Below, one piece after another: positions 48,830-57,745 of a stretch of 64,000 nucleotides of DNA. This DNA is from Ignavibacteria bacterium UBA2373. GTDB lineage: Bacteria; Bacteroidota; Ignavibacteria; Kapaibacteriales; UBA961. The translations under genes and the position numbers were made by a program. The notes beneath the pieces are model-generated. The model was not told where the DNA came from and did no database searches. It worked only from the letters and a program-made list of their open reading frames with translations. The stretch spans positions 66,403 through 130,402 of the forward strand of contig DDTD01000046.1 in NCBI GenBank assembly GCA_002344005.1. The letters run 5' to 3'. The first letter of the stretch is position 1. Each line of letters starts with the position of its first letter.

Positions 48830-48887
48830 GTGATAATAGATAATTGACAATTGACCATTCGTAATTGACAATTGATAATTCGTAATT
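48830..48887. repeat. Short inverted partial copy (~2.5 units) of the 45737-45926 21-bp repeat
   Basis: AATTGACAATTGACCATTCGTAATTGACAATTGATAATTCGTAATT is the reverse complement, at about 85-90% identity, of AATTACGAATGGTCAATTATCAATTACGAATGGTCAATT at 45737-45782. Confidence 0.7.
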
Positions 48888-48892
48888 TTTCG

Positions 48893-49912
48893 TCACGGAG
48901 CTTTGATAAATTTCTTAGCCCGTTTCATTTCCCATGGATTGGGTTCTTGTCGTCGTAAATGTGGGTATGGATGTTTTTCATTATCGGGTACGGCATCTGT
49001 GGGGGGTGGCGGAGGTTCTATGGCAATGGTGGGGAAGAGTTCGGTGGGGATATTGGGTTCAAAAGCCCATTCTTTGTGATTATAGGCGCACACGGGCAAA
49101 CATGCGGAGCAATAGTGATGCGTTCCGAAATAGGGAAAACATTTTCCGGTATCAACGGTGTAGCGATCATTGCCCAGATGATCTTTTCCGGCGAGGGGGT
49201 TTCGTTCATCGGGAATGGCATCGGCAGGGCAATATATCCTGCATGCTTTGCAGTTATCGCAAAATTGGGCTATGCCGGCATTGATGGGAGCATCGAGAGC
49301 TAAGGGCATAGATGTGAGAATGCAGCCGATACGAAAGAGAGGTCCGATGCGAGGATTGATGATGGAGCCATGTCTTCCGAGTTCGCCGAATCCTGCTTTG
49401 AGTGCGATGGGTATATGTAAGACATTGGTGTCGCCGATGGGATGCTCGACGGTGCAATGCCAGCCGAGTGCGCGTATATGTTCGGCAAGTTTGAGTACTA
49501 TATCGCCAAGGGAATGATAGATGCGTAAACATTCGATGGCAGCTTCGTCGGAGGGCACGGTTTGGAAGGGTTGCCAGCGCATTTTTTGCCCAAGTGCTAT
49601 GGCATAATGTTCATTGACTTGTTTTCCTTGATAGATGTCTTGTGGTTCTATGGCGCAAATGCCTACGAGGTCTGCGCCAAGTTGCAAAGCTTTTTCTTTG
49701 ATGGATTGTGCTGCGATGTCGGGCGGTAGTATTTGTTGAACGGGTGCGGGTATTCCTTCCATAGCGGGATATTGTTCATTGAAGATGGCGTGGAGATAGT
49801 GCTGCACTTCGGGTATAGTGATTGATCTGCCTCCTATGCTTTTATACCATTGTTCCCATTGGAAAGGCGGTGGTGATTGTTCATGGGCGAGTATGGGTAA
49901 TTCAAGGTTCAT
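48893..49912 (-). CDS. 4Fe-4S protein of the epoxyqueuosine reductase (QueG/DUF1730) family
   Basis: LGADLVGICAIEP, AGFGELGRHGSIINPRIGPLFRIG..., CDNCKACRIYCPADAI (CxxCxxCxxxCP) and a second Cys cluster CSACLPVC match the QueG-type arrangement. Confidence 0.5.
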   Translation of the reverse strand: MNLELPILAHEQSPPPFQWEQWYKSIGGRSITIPEVQHYLHAIFNEQYPAMEGIPAPVQQILPPDIAAQSIKEKALQLGADLVGICAIEPQDIYQGKQVNEHYAIALGQKMRWQPFQTVPSDEAAIECLRIYHSLGDIVLKLAEHIRALGWHCTVEHPIGDTNVLHIPIALKAGFGELGRHGSIINPRIGPLFRIGCILTSMPLALDAPINAGIAQFCDNCKACRIYCPADAIPDERNPLAGKDHLGNDRYTVDTGKCFPYFGTHHYCSACLPVCAYNHKEWAFEPNIPTELFPTIAIEPPPPPTDAVPDNEKHPYPHLRRQEPNPWEMKRAKKFIKAP

Positions 49913-49935
49913 GGGTTATTGTAGATGAGTGATGA

Positions 49936-51105
49936 TTACCATATCAAATCATTTGCGGCGGCAAGAGCTTGTTGGAGCACAGTGTCCGTATCATGCCCGA
50001 CGACGGTGAGATGTCCCATTTTGCGTCCTTTGCGAGAGTCTTTTTTGCCATAGAGATGAAAGGCGGTTTCGGGATGTCGTAAGAGAGGTGTGATGCTGTC
50101 GGGTACGCCGCTTCCGGGTCTTTCGCCGAGTATATTGACCATAACGGCGGCTTTTGTGAGCATTGCGGGCGAGCCCAGCGGCAAATTGTTCACTGCTCTG
50201 ACGGCATTTTCAAATTGCGAGCAATGGCATGCTTCGATAGTATAGTGCCCGCTATTGTGCGGACGTGGTGCGATTTCATTGAAGAGCACATTGCCGGATT
50301 CGGTGAGGAACATTTCGACGCCAAAGACTCCCACGCCTTTGATAGCTTCCACACAGGCAAGGGCGATTTGTTGTGCTTTGGTGTGAATATCGGTTGAGCA
50401 TCGTGCCGGCGCAATCACCACGCGGCATATATGATTTTCTTGGATGGTTTCCACGCAAGGGTATATGACATGTTCGCCTCGTCGGTTGCGTGCCACCATG
50501 ACGGCAAGCTCGGCAGTGAATCGGACGAATTGTTCCGCCATGACTTGGCGGGGTTCTTCGGATTGGGTGAACGTATTATATCCTGCGATGGCTTCTTGTT
50601 CGGAGCGGACGGTGATATTGCCATAGCCGTCATAGCCCAATGTTCTTGTTTTGATGATATAGGGGAATCCGTGCTTTTTCCCAAAATCCGCTGCTTGCTC
50701 CGGTGAGTTCAATTCCTCGAATGTAGTCATCGGTATGCCTGCGGCGGTGAACGTTTTCTTTTGGGTGAGTTTATCTTGCACCAAAGCGACGGTGTCGGCA
50801 TTGGGAAAAACCAATCGTCTTTCGGCAATAGTGCGCAATATGTCGGGATTAACGAACTCGTTTTCGAGCGTGATGATGTCGCTGATGTCAATGAAACGTT
50901 GTAGCTCGTCGGGGTCAGTCCATCCATTGGTAAATTCATGTTTAGTCATAGTCCCTGCGGGAGAATCCGCGCCATGTTCAATGACAGCGATGCCCAGCCC
51001 AAGACGATAGGCAGCTTGTGCGGTCATTTTTGCTAATTGCCCACCGCCGATAATGCCCAGCACAACGGGACGTGAGGTATGGAGAGAATAAGGAGAAGCC
51101 AGCAT
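49936..51105 (-). CDS. purK: N5-carboxyaminoimidazole ribonucleotide synthase
   Basis: VLGIIGGGQLAKMTAQAA N-terminus, ATP-grasp motifs, 389 aa. Confidence 0.85.
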   Translation of the reverse strand: MLASPYSLHTSRPVVLGIIGGGQLAKMTAQAAYRLGLGIAVIEHGADSPAGTMTKHEFTNGWTDPDELQRFIDISDIITLENEFVNPDILRTIAERRLVFPNADTVALVQDKLTQKKTFTAAGIPMTTFEELNSPEQAADFGKKHGFPYIIKTRTLGYDGYGNITVRSEQEAIAGYNTFTQSEEPRQVMAEQFVRFTAELAVMVARNRRGEHVIYPCVETIQENHICRVVIAPARCSTDIHTKAQQIALACVEAIKGVGVFGVEMFLTESGNVLFNEIAPRPHNSGHYTIEACHCSQFENAVRAVNNLPLGSPAMLTKAAVMVNILGERPGSGVPDSITPLLRHPETAFHLYGKKDSRKGRKMGHLTVVGHDTDTVLQQALAAANDLIW

Positions 51106-51151
51106 TATATTGATTGGATTTCAAAGTGAAAGAATGATGCAAAATTAAGGG

Positions 51152-51631
51152 CTAAGAGCGTTGAGCAAGGTTTTGATAGGCGTTTTCGATGAGTGCATTG
51201 ATGTCTTTATCGGGCAAAACAATCTGAATTTGCTTTCCTGTGGCTATGGTATGTGCCCCGCAGAGTATGGTAATATCGCAGATGATTTTTTTACCTTTTA
51301 CTTCGTTGACAGCAGCATTGACGGTAAGTTCCGCACCGACGGGAGCGGGTTGTATATGCTTGATTTCGACCAAAGCACCGATAGCGTTTTCGTTTGGCTC
51401 GAAGTATGGCTCTATAGCACGTCTTGCGGCGACTTCCGCGAAATAACAGAGGGAGTACGTGGAGCAAACTTTGTGGATAGTTTTGCCTTCGAGCATGGCT
51501 GTCATGTCTTGTGTGACGGTAAAAGTGATAGAGCCGACGGCAGAGTGTACATCATTGTTCATAGTAAGTGCCGAGAAAAGATTGATGGAAGAAAAACGGT
51601 CATTGCAGGGCGAAAAGACGGAATCAGCCAC
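51152..51631 (-). CDS. Hotdog-fold thioesterase-family protein
   Basis: Pattern ...TVTQDMTAM...CSTYSLCYFAEVAARRAIEPYF...ELTVNAAVNEVKGKKIICDITI is typical of the 4HBT/FlK-like hotdog fold. The true start is probably an internal Met. Confidence 0.5.
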   Translation of the reverse strand: MADSVFSPCNDRFSSINLFSALTMNNDVHSAVGSITFTVTQDMTAMLEGKTIHKVCSTYSLCYFAEVAARRAIEPYFEPNENAIGALVEIKHIQPAPVGAELTVNAAVNEVKGKKIICDITILCGAHTIATGKQIQIVLPDKDINALIENAYQNLAQRS

Positions 51632-51701
51632 GATAAAATTAGGTCTATGATAATATTGGGCGTGATAAGCGGTAATTTTGCAAATAATAATAGACAGAGA
51701 A

Positions 51702-53045
51702 ATGACTATGCGAGTGAGCTTTTATACATTAGGATGCAAGCTGAATTATGCCGAGAGCGCGGAGTTGCGCCACAGATTTGAGTCATCGGGTCATACGGTG
51801 GTTGAGTTTGGTGATATGGCGGACGCAGTGATTATCAACACATGCACGGTGACGGAAAATGCGGACACGGAATGTCGTAAGATCATTCGTCGGGCATTGA
51901 GAAGTTCCCCGGAGGCGTATATCGGCGTGACGGGCTGTTATGCGCAGCTTCAGCCGGAGGAAATAGCGTCTATTGAGGGTGTGGATGGTGTATTTGGGAG
52001 CAAAGAGAAATTCCGTATTCATGAATTAGCGGGCGATTTCCATAAAGTGGATGTTCCGCAGGTATTTGTGAGCGATTTGGAGGATGTGGGATTTGAGGAA
52101 TCGCAATCGGGCGAGGGCGACAGCCGCACCAGAGCCCATTTGAAATTGCAAGACGGTTGTAATTACAATTGCAGCTTTTGTACGATACCCTTAGCACGAG
52201 GCAAAAGCCGCAGCATGGATTTTGGGTTGATTTCCGCCAAGGTTGAGTCATTGGTCGCCGAGGGTTATCATGAGGTAATCTTGTCGGGGATTAACTTAGG
52301 GGACTATGTTTCGGAGTCCGGAGAGCGATTTACGGACATAGTGCGTTTGATGGAGCAAACCAGACCGCAAGCGCGTATTCGTATAGGATCAATAGAGCCG
52401 AATTTATTGAAGCGAGAGATTATAGATATGGTAGCGCAATCGTCGGTGATAGTGCCGCATTTCCATATACCATTGCAGAGCGGTTCAGCGGAGATGCTGC
52501 GATTGATGCGACGTCGTTACAAAGCGGACTATTATCGCGAGTTGATATTGACCATCAAACAGCAGATTCCCGATTGTTGTATTGGTGTTGATGTGATTGT
52601 AGGTTTTCCGGGCGAAACGGAAGAGCATTTTTCAGAGACCTTCGGGATGTTGGAAGCATTGCCAGTGTCATATTTGCATGTGTTTACCTATTCGGAACGT
52701 GAGAATACGCCGGCGGCAGTGTATGATGGTAAGGTTCCGGTGCATGTTAGGAAAGCGCGGACGAATCGTTTGCGTGCTTTGTCGGAGCAAAAGCGCCGTG
52801 AGTTTTATCGTTCGCAATTGGGCAAAGAATGGCGTGTTATACCCGAGACATATCATCCCGAGCGCGGGACATGGTCGGGCTGGTCAGATAATTATGTGCG
52901 TGTTGAATTTGCGGGAGCGATGACCTTATTGCAGCAACCATTGCAAGTTCGCCTTATATCATTCAATAATGACATAATGACAGGCGAGGTTATATCCACT
53001 GTGGAAGAGCATCAATGGCAGGGCTATATTCCTCTGATGGTGTAA
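51702..53045 (+). CDS. mtaB: tRNA (t6A37) methylthiotransferase MtaB (radical SAM / MTTase family)
   Basis: MTTase N-domain with Cys (FYTLGCKLN, INTCTV), radical-SAM CNYNCSFCTIPLARG, TRAM-like C-terminus. ATG at 51702 preferred over the TTG at 51678. Confidence 0.75.
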   Translation: MTMRVSFYTLGCKLNYAESAELRHRFESSGHTVVEFGDMADAVIINTCTVTENADTECRKIIRRALRSSPEAYIGVTGCYAQLQPEEIASIEGVDGVFGSKEKFRIHELAGDFHKVDVPQVFVSDLEDVGFEESQSGEGDSRTRAHLKLQDGCNYNCSFCTIPLARGKSRSMDFGLISAKVESLVAEGYHEVILSGINLGDYVSESGERFTDIVRLMEQTRPQARIRIGSIEPNLLKREIIDMVAQSSVIVPHFHIPLQSGSAEMLRLMRRRYKADYYRELILTIKQQIPDCCIGVDVIVGFPGETEEHFSETFGMLEALPVSYLHVFTYSERENTPAAVYDGKVPVHVRKARTNRLRALSEQKRREFYRSQLGKEWRVIPETYHPERGTWSGWSDNYVRVEFAGAMTLLQQPLQVRLISFNNDIMTGEVISTVEEHQWQGYIPLMV

Positions 53046-53080
53046 CGCATTGGTAGCAATGTCATTTTTGCAAATTCACT

Positions 53081-56000
53081 ATGAACGAGGTATATATAAT
53101 GTGGTCTGCGATACTATGTTTTTTGAGCATACTTTGCTCAAGTATGGGTGTTATTGCTTCAAATGCTCAGTGTTTTAGTTGTGCGCAAGCCCCGCCGGGT
53201 ACAGTATGGTGCGATGATTTTGAGGACGGAAAAAAACTTGAGGATAAATATTTCGAATATGATTCCGATGAGCAAGATTGCCGCGTTGATAAGAATATCG
53301 GACGTGATAATAGCCAAGGGTTGCGGATAGTTTGGCAAAAGGATGAAGTGTCGGCAGGTGGGTTGAAAAAATCCATCGGCAAAACACCGTCCGCCTATAT
53401 CGGTAAAAATGCAGCATATCCCGATTCGGTATTTACGGAAATATATTGGCGCATGGATGTACGTCATCAAAAGGGCTGGAAAGGAAATGGACCTGCCAAG
53501 TTATCACGGGCTTTGTGTTTAGCGAATAATTCTTGGTCAACCGGCATGATGGCGCATTTATGGTCGGGAGGTGAAGATAATACATACCTTGGCATGGATC
53601 CCGCAAGTGGCATCAGCACTGACGGAAAATTACAGACCACGCGATATAATGATTTTCCCAACTTACGATGGCTCGGATTTAAATCCGGCAGCACTCCCCT
53701 CTTCTCCGATAATAACAGCGACACTTGGTATTGCGTTGAGGGTCATGTAAAATTAAATACGCCCGGTAAAAATGATGGAATATTTGAATTTTGGATAAAT
53801 GATACGCTTCAAGCGCAATCCTCGGCATTAAATTGGCATGGCACTTGGAATTCTGACCCCAAAGCGATGGCAATAAATGCAGTATTTTTTGAGAATTATT
53901 GGAATGATGCTTCTCCCGTACAGCAGGAACGTTATTTTGACAATCTTGTAATCTCGACGCAAAGGATTGGTTGCGAATGTCAGAGCATAAGTGAAGCTGC
54001 TATTCCCGCATTACCCGTTACGGACAGCGTTATTACCTGTTTCCCTGATACGAGTGGCTATCGGACAATCACAGTCGGAGCAATGGGAAGAGATTATACC
54101 GATTTACAAAAAGCAATAGATAATGCGGAATTAGGAAGTATTATTCGCATTGATGCCGGGATGACATTACGAGGAAGTTATATTCTTCGCAATAAAAAGA
54201 ATGGTAAAGGATGGATTATCATTACAACATCGCATCAAGAATTATTACCGCATCAAAGAATAGATCCGCAAGGATTAACAAATAATAAGGATTATCCGAC
54301 GCAAGCCTCCGTAATGCCAAAGATAATAACAGTGAATCCGGCGGGTGTACCTTGTTTTACCACGGAGCCGCAATCACATCATTACCGTTTGGTTGGACTT
54401 GAAATCACTGCCGATACTACGGTCAAAGAAAGTTATGGTTTAGTGAATCTGGGTGATGTCTCACAAAAGCAAAATTCACTGCAAAGTATGCCTCATCATT
54501 ATATTGTTGATCGCTGTTATATTCATGGACACAGTAAAGGGACAATTATGAAATATGGTGTCGGTTTACATTGTGCAAATGCCGCTATTATTGATTCCTA
54601 TATTTCTGATTTTCACAGTATTGGTTTTGATGCGCAGGCAATATCGGGCATTAATGGAACGGGACCATTTAAAATCATCAACAATTATCTTGAAGCATCG
54701 GGGGAAAATATTATGTTCGGCGGAGCTGCTCCTGCAATTGCCGGCTTGGTACCATCGGATATTGAAATACGTAATAATTATCTCTACAAACCTTTGCGAT
54801 GGCGAACGACATCACCTTTGTATGAAGGAAAGCATTGGACAATTAAAAATCTTTTTGAGCTAAAAACGGGAAGACGTGTTCTACTCGAAGGAAATATTCT
54901 TGAAAATTCATGGGCTGATTTACCGATAGGACAAAGTGGTTATGCAATACTCTTGACAGTAAGAACAGAAAACGGAAAAGCCATGCAAGCCGATGTGAGC
55001 GATATTACGATACAACATAATATCATTAAAAATTGTGGCGCAGGCATTACTTTATCAGGTAAAGATGATAATAGTCAAGGAAATCAATCAAAAAGAATAT
55101 TAATTCAGAGTAATATCTTTGAAAATATAAATGGTGCTGAATTTGGTGATAATAATATCAATGGTCCTAATGATGGTACATTTATAAAAATGGGCGAGCC
55201 GCAGGATGTAATAATCCGATACAATACAATATTACAATCAGGACCGGTCACGTGGGTAATAAAACCCGTCAAAGGATTTACGTTTACGGATAATATTGTT
55301 CAATCGTATAAAACGAAAGCTGGATACCAAGGGATTTATGGTCCGGGATATGCGCAAGGTAATGCTACAATTGCTCATTATTTTCCAGACATTACAGACG
55401 CAAGTAAACGCATTCATCGTAATGTATTTATTGGCGGTGATTCTTTGCGCTATATATCTGTCATAAGTCAAAATTATTTCCCAAAAGAAAGAGCGATGGT
55501 TGGTTTTAGTGATGGTATTTTTACCGATTATCGGAAATATACTCTTTCTGCTCAAAGTCCCTATTCTAAAGGTTCTACCGAAGGTAAGAATATTGGAGCA
55601 GACATAAATGCGATAGATTCTGCTCTCAAATTTACTATTATATGTCCCTCGGCTGGTAGCATTGCTGTAAGCGGCTTCACGATTCTTCAAGATAGTGTGA
55701 CAATAAACAGAGATGATACTCTTTCTCTCACGGGTATTATTACTCCGATTAATGCAGATAATAAAAATATTGTGTGGAAATCGGGTGATAATAACGTTGT
55801 TACAATAGATAATAATGGTATGATAACAGCTCTTTCGGCGGGGTCAACATTTGTCTCTGGTACAACTCTCGATGGCGGTTATCGTGATTCTTGTTTTGTG
55901 AGAGTAAGAATTCCTTCGTCAATAACAGAGTCTGAGGCAGAATTAATGGATACTATTATTGTGCACAACGATATATTATATATCCCGGATTGTCTTATAG

Positions 56001-56155
56001 GCGCAAAGATTTCTATTGTTGATATTTTGGGTCATTATCATAGTATTGATGTGATGACAAACTCTGTAAGTATTGCCTCGCTACCATCAGGTGTGTACAG
56101 TGCTTTTTTCTCTTGTCATCATAATATACAGATGTATCGTTTCGTTAAAATGTGA
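53081..56155 (+). CDS. Large secreted protein: right-handed parallel beta-helix (pectate-lyase-like) repeats, Big_2 domain, T9SS-type C-terminal sorting domain
   Basis: Signal peptide. Repeated NxxxxN-type beta-helix rungs (IQHNIIKNCGAGITLSG, IQSNIFENINGAE...). Big_2-like segment SIAVSGFTILQDSVTI...NIVWKSGDNNVVTIDNNGMITALSAGSTFVSGTT. C-terminus LPSGVYSAFF...FVKM. Confidence 0.6.
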   Translation: MNEVYIMWSAILCFLSILCSSMGVIASNAQCFSCAQAPPGTVWCDDFEDGKKLEDKYFEYDSDEQDCRVDKNIGRDNSQGLRIVWQKDEVSAGGLKKSIGKTPSAYIGKNAAYPDSVFTEIYWRMDVRHQKGWKGNGPAKLSRALCLANNSWSTGMMAHLWSGGEDNTYLGMDPASGISTDGKLQTTRYNDFPNLRWLGFKSGSTPLFSDNNSDTWYCVEGHVKLNTPGKNDGIFEFWINDTLQAQSSALNWHGTWNSDPKAMAINAVFFENYWNDASPVQQERYFDNLVISTQRIGCECQSISEAAIPALPVTDSVITCFPDTSGYRTITVGAMGRDYTDLQKAIDNAELGSIIRIDAGMTLRGSYILRNKKNGKGWIIITTSHQELLPHQRIDPQGLTNNKDYPTQASVMPKIITVNPAGVPCFTTEPQSHHYRLVGLEITADTTVKESYGLVNLGDVSQKQNSLQSMPHHYIVDRCYIHGHSKGTIMKYGVGLHCANAAIIDSYISDFHSIGFDAQAISGINGTGPFKIINNYLEASGENIMFGGAAPAIAGLVPSDIEIRNNYLYKPLRWRTTSPLYEGKHWTIKNLFELKTGRRVLLEGNILENSWADLPIGQSGYAILLTVRTENGKAMQADVSDITIQHNIIKNCGAGITLSGKDDNSQGNQSKRILIQSNIFENINGAEFGDNNINGPNDGTFIKMGEPQDVIIRYNTILQSGPVTWVIKPVKGFTFTDNIVQSYKTKAGYQGIYGPGYAQGNATIAHYFPDITDASKRIHRNVFIGGDSLRYISVISQNYFPKERAMVGFSDGIFTDYRKYTLSAQSPYSKGSTEGKNIGADINAIDSALKFTIICPSAGSIAVSGFTILQDSVTINRDDTLSLTGIITPINADNKNIVWKSGDNNVVTIDNNGMITALSAGSTFVSGTTLDGGYRDSCFVRVRIPSSITESEAELMDTIIVHNDILYIPDCLIGAKISIVDILGHYHSIDVMTNSVSIASLPSGVYSAFFSCHHNIQMYRFVKM

Positions 56156-56511
56156 ATTAGTACATTTTTTCAATGTGATGTTTGACAATATTGATTGATC
56201 AACAGTTTATGTAATAGAACTGATTGTCATTCATTATTTTGCCTTTTTTTAATAATTTTCTGCATTCATTGAAAATAAAGTTCGAAGATGTCAACATCAT
56301 GCTTGATTTTATCTTGCAAATATTTACGGAATCTCAAGTCACGCGTTTCTACATACATCTCTGTTAAATCTCGGGACCATTGTTTCAGTTTCAGCGTGGT
56401 TAGTTGTACTTTTTGATATAACTCTTCGGTTTTTACTATAAGAGTGCTAAAGTAATGTAGATTTATGATTGAGAAACATACATTTGAGAGCTTACATGTG
56501 TTATTATTACA

Positions 56512-57567
56512 TTATTCATTGATTTTCCTTTTACAAAATTCTGTCCAAGTTTCATTACCGGGGTCAGAATACAGCAATGGATTTTTTCCATAATAGGAGA
56601 TATTTTTAACACCTACAGCATCAGCTCTTTGTTTGAGTGCTCTTGCATGAAATGCGTGATGGGAGGGTATGTCGGCAATAAAAGGATTATAGGGATTGAC
56701 AACATCTCTTAAAGTATTATTTATCCAAAGTTCCGGGTCATCAGACGACAATAATGATAACATATCAACTTCATTTCTATAGGCATCAATTGCGGGTGAT
56801 TCGTATTGAGCAAGTGAAGAAACGCCATACAGTTTTTGAATATTACCTGTTTCATTAGCTAATATTTGTGACCATGTCAGATTATAATCAGGAAAAACAT
56901 CCTTTGCCCAGCGACCTTCAATATCATAGCTTGATTGAGTTTCTCTGGCAACAACACCTTTTACTCTGGTCGATTGTCTTAATACAGGATCACTATTTTC
57001 GGAATCGGCAAAGTCATTATGCAAGGCAATCCACAGAGATGTACCTGCTCCCGCAGAATTACCAGCTACAATGATATTATCTTTATTGATATTAAAATCG
57101 CTTGCTCTGTATCTGATATATTGCAGTGCCCTTCGTACATCGGACATAGGTTTCTTTATGCCCTCTTTTTCTCCTGTTGGATTTAAGAGAGTATAACGAA
57201 CGGTTGCTACTGCTATATTGTTTTTCAGTAAAAATCTAATATCAGATGGAAAATCCCAAGCACCGCCGGACTGAACAGAATAGACAAAATCTTTATCACC
57301 ACTTGTAAAGCCACCACCGTGTACATAGATTACCAAACCTGTGGGTGTGTTTGAATTTGGTAGCCATATATCAAACTGTGTTCTTTCCTTTGTGTCATAA
57401 ATAATATCTTTGGCAAATTTTGCATTGATTCCTTGCAAATCAAAAGGTGAACTCGAAAATGTAATATTGGGAGTTGATGTTACCTGCGTCTCATCAGTAT
57501 TGTTACAACCGAATGTACATACAATGGCAAGTAAAAAAGCAATGGATTGTTTTTTATATATTTTCAT
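56512..57567 (-). CDS. Alpha/beta-hydrolase esterase/lipase lipoprotein
   Basis: Lipoprotein signal (LLAIVCTFGC), oxyanion HGGGF and nucleophile elbow GNSAGAG. Confidence 0.7.
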   Translation of the reverse strand: MKIYKKQSIAFLLAIVCTFGCNNTDETQVTSTPNITFSSSPFDLQGINAKFAKDIIYDTKERTQFDIWLPNSNTPTGLVIYVHGGGFTSGDKDFVYSVQSGGAWDFPSDIRFLLKNNIAVATVRYTLLNPTGEKEGIKKPMSDVRRALQYIRYRASDFNINKDNIIVAGNSAGAGTSLWIALHNDFADSENSDPVLRQSTRVKGVVARETQSSYDIEGRWAKDVFPDYNLTWSQILANETGNIQKLYGVSSLAQYESPAIDAYRNEVDMLSLLSSDDPELWINNTLRDVVNPYNPFIADIPSHHAFHARALKQRADAVGVKNISYYGKNPLLYSDPGNETWTEFCKRKINE

Positions 57568-57745
57568 AGTAGTGTATGTAAAAAATATCTACATGTTTTA
57601 TGTTGATTTATTATACTGTTATTCCCCAAATCTACAAAACTTTGGCTATACATCCAAACTTATGCGAGGGAATCATTTCACTGATAATGCTCGACACTGA
57701 TGAATGACACAAAAGAGAGATCTCCCAATGTCCGTGCAAAGGAAA

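Noticed and set aside
56270-56470. Short protein-like minus-strand reading (…DLTEMYVETRDLRFRKYLQDKIKHDVDIFELYFQ) in the intergenic region after the beta-helix gene
   Set aside because: There is no start codon upstream of the conserved-looking part, the longest Met-initiated stretch is about 30 aa, and no RBS is present. It is possibly a gene remnant but cannot be supported.
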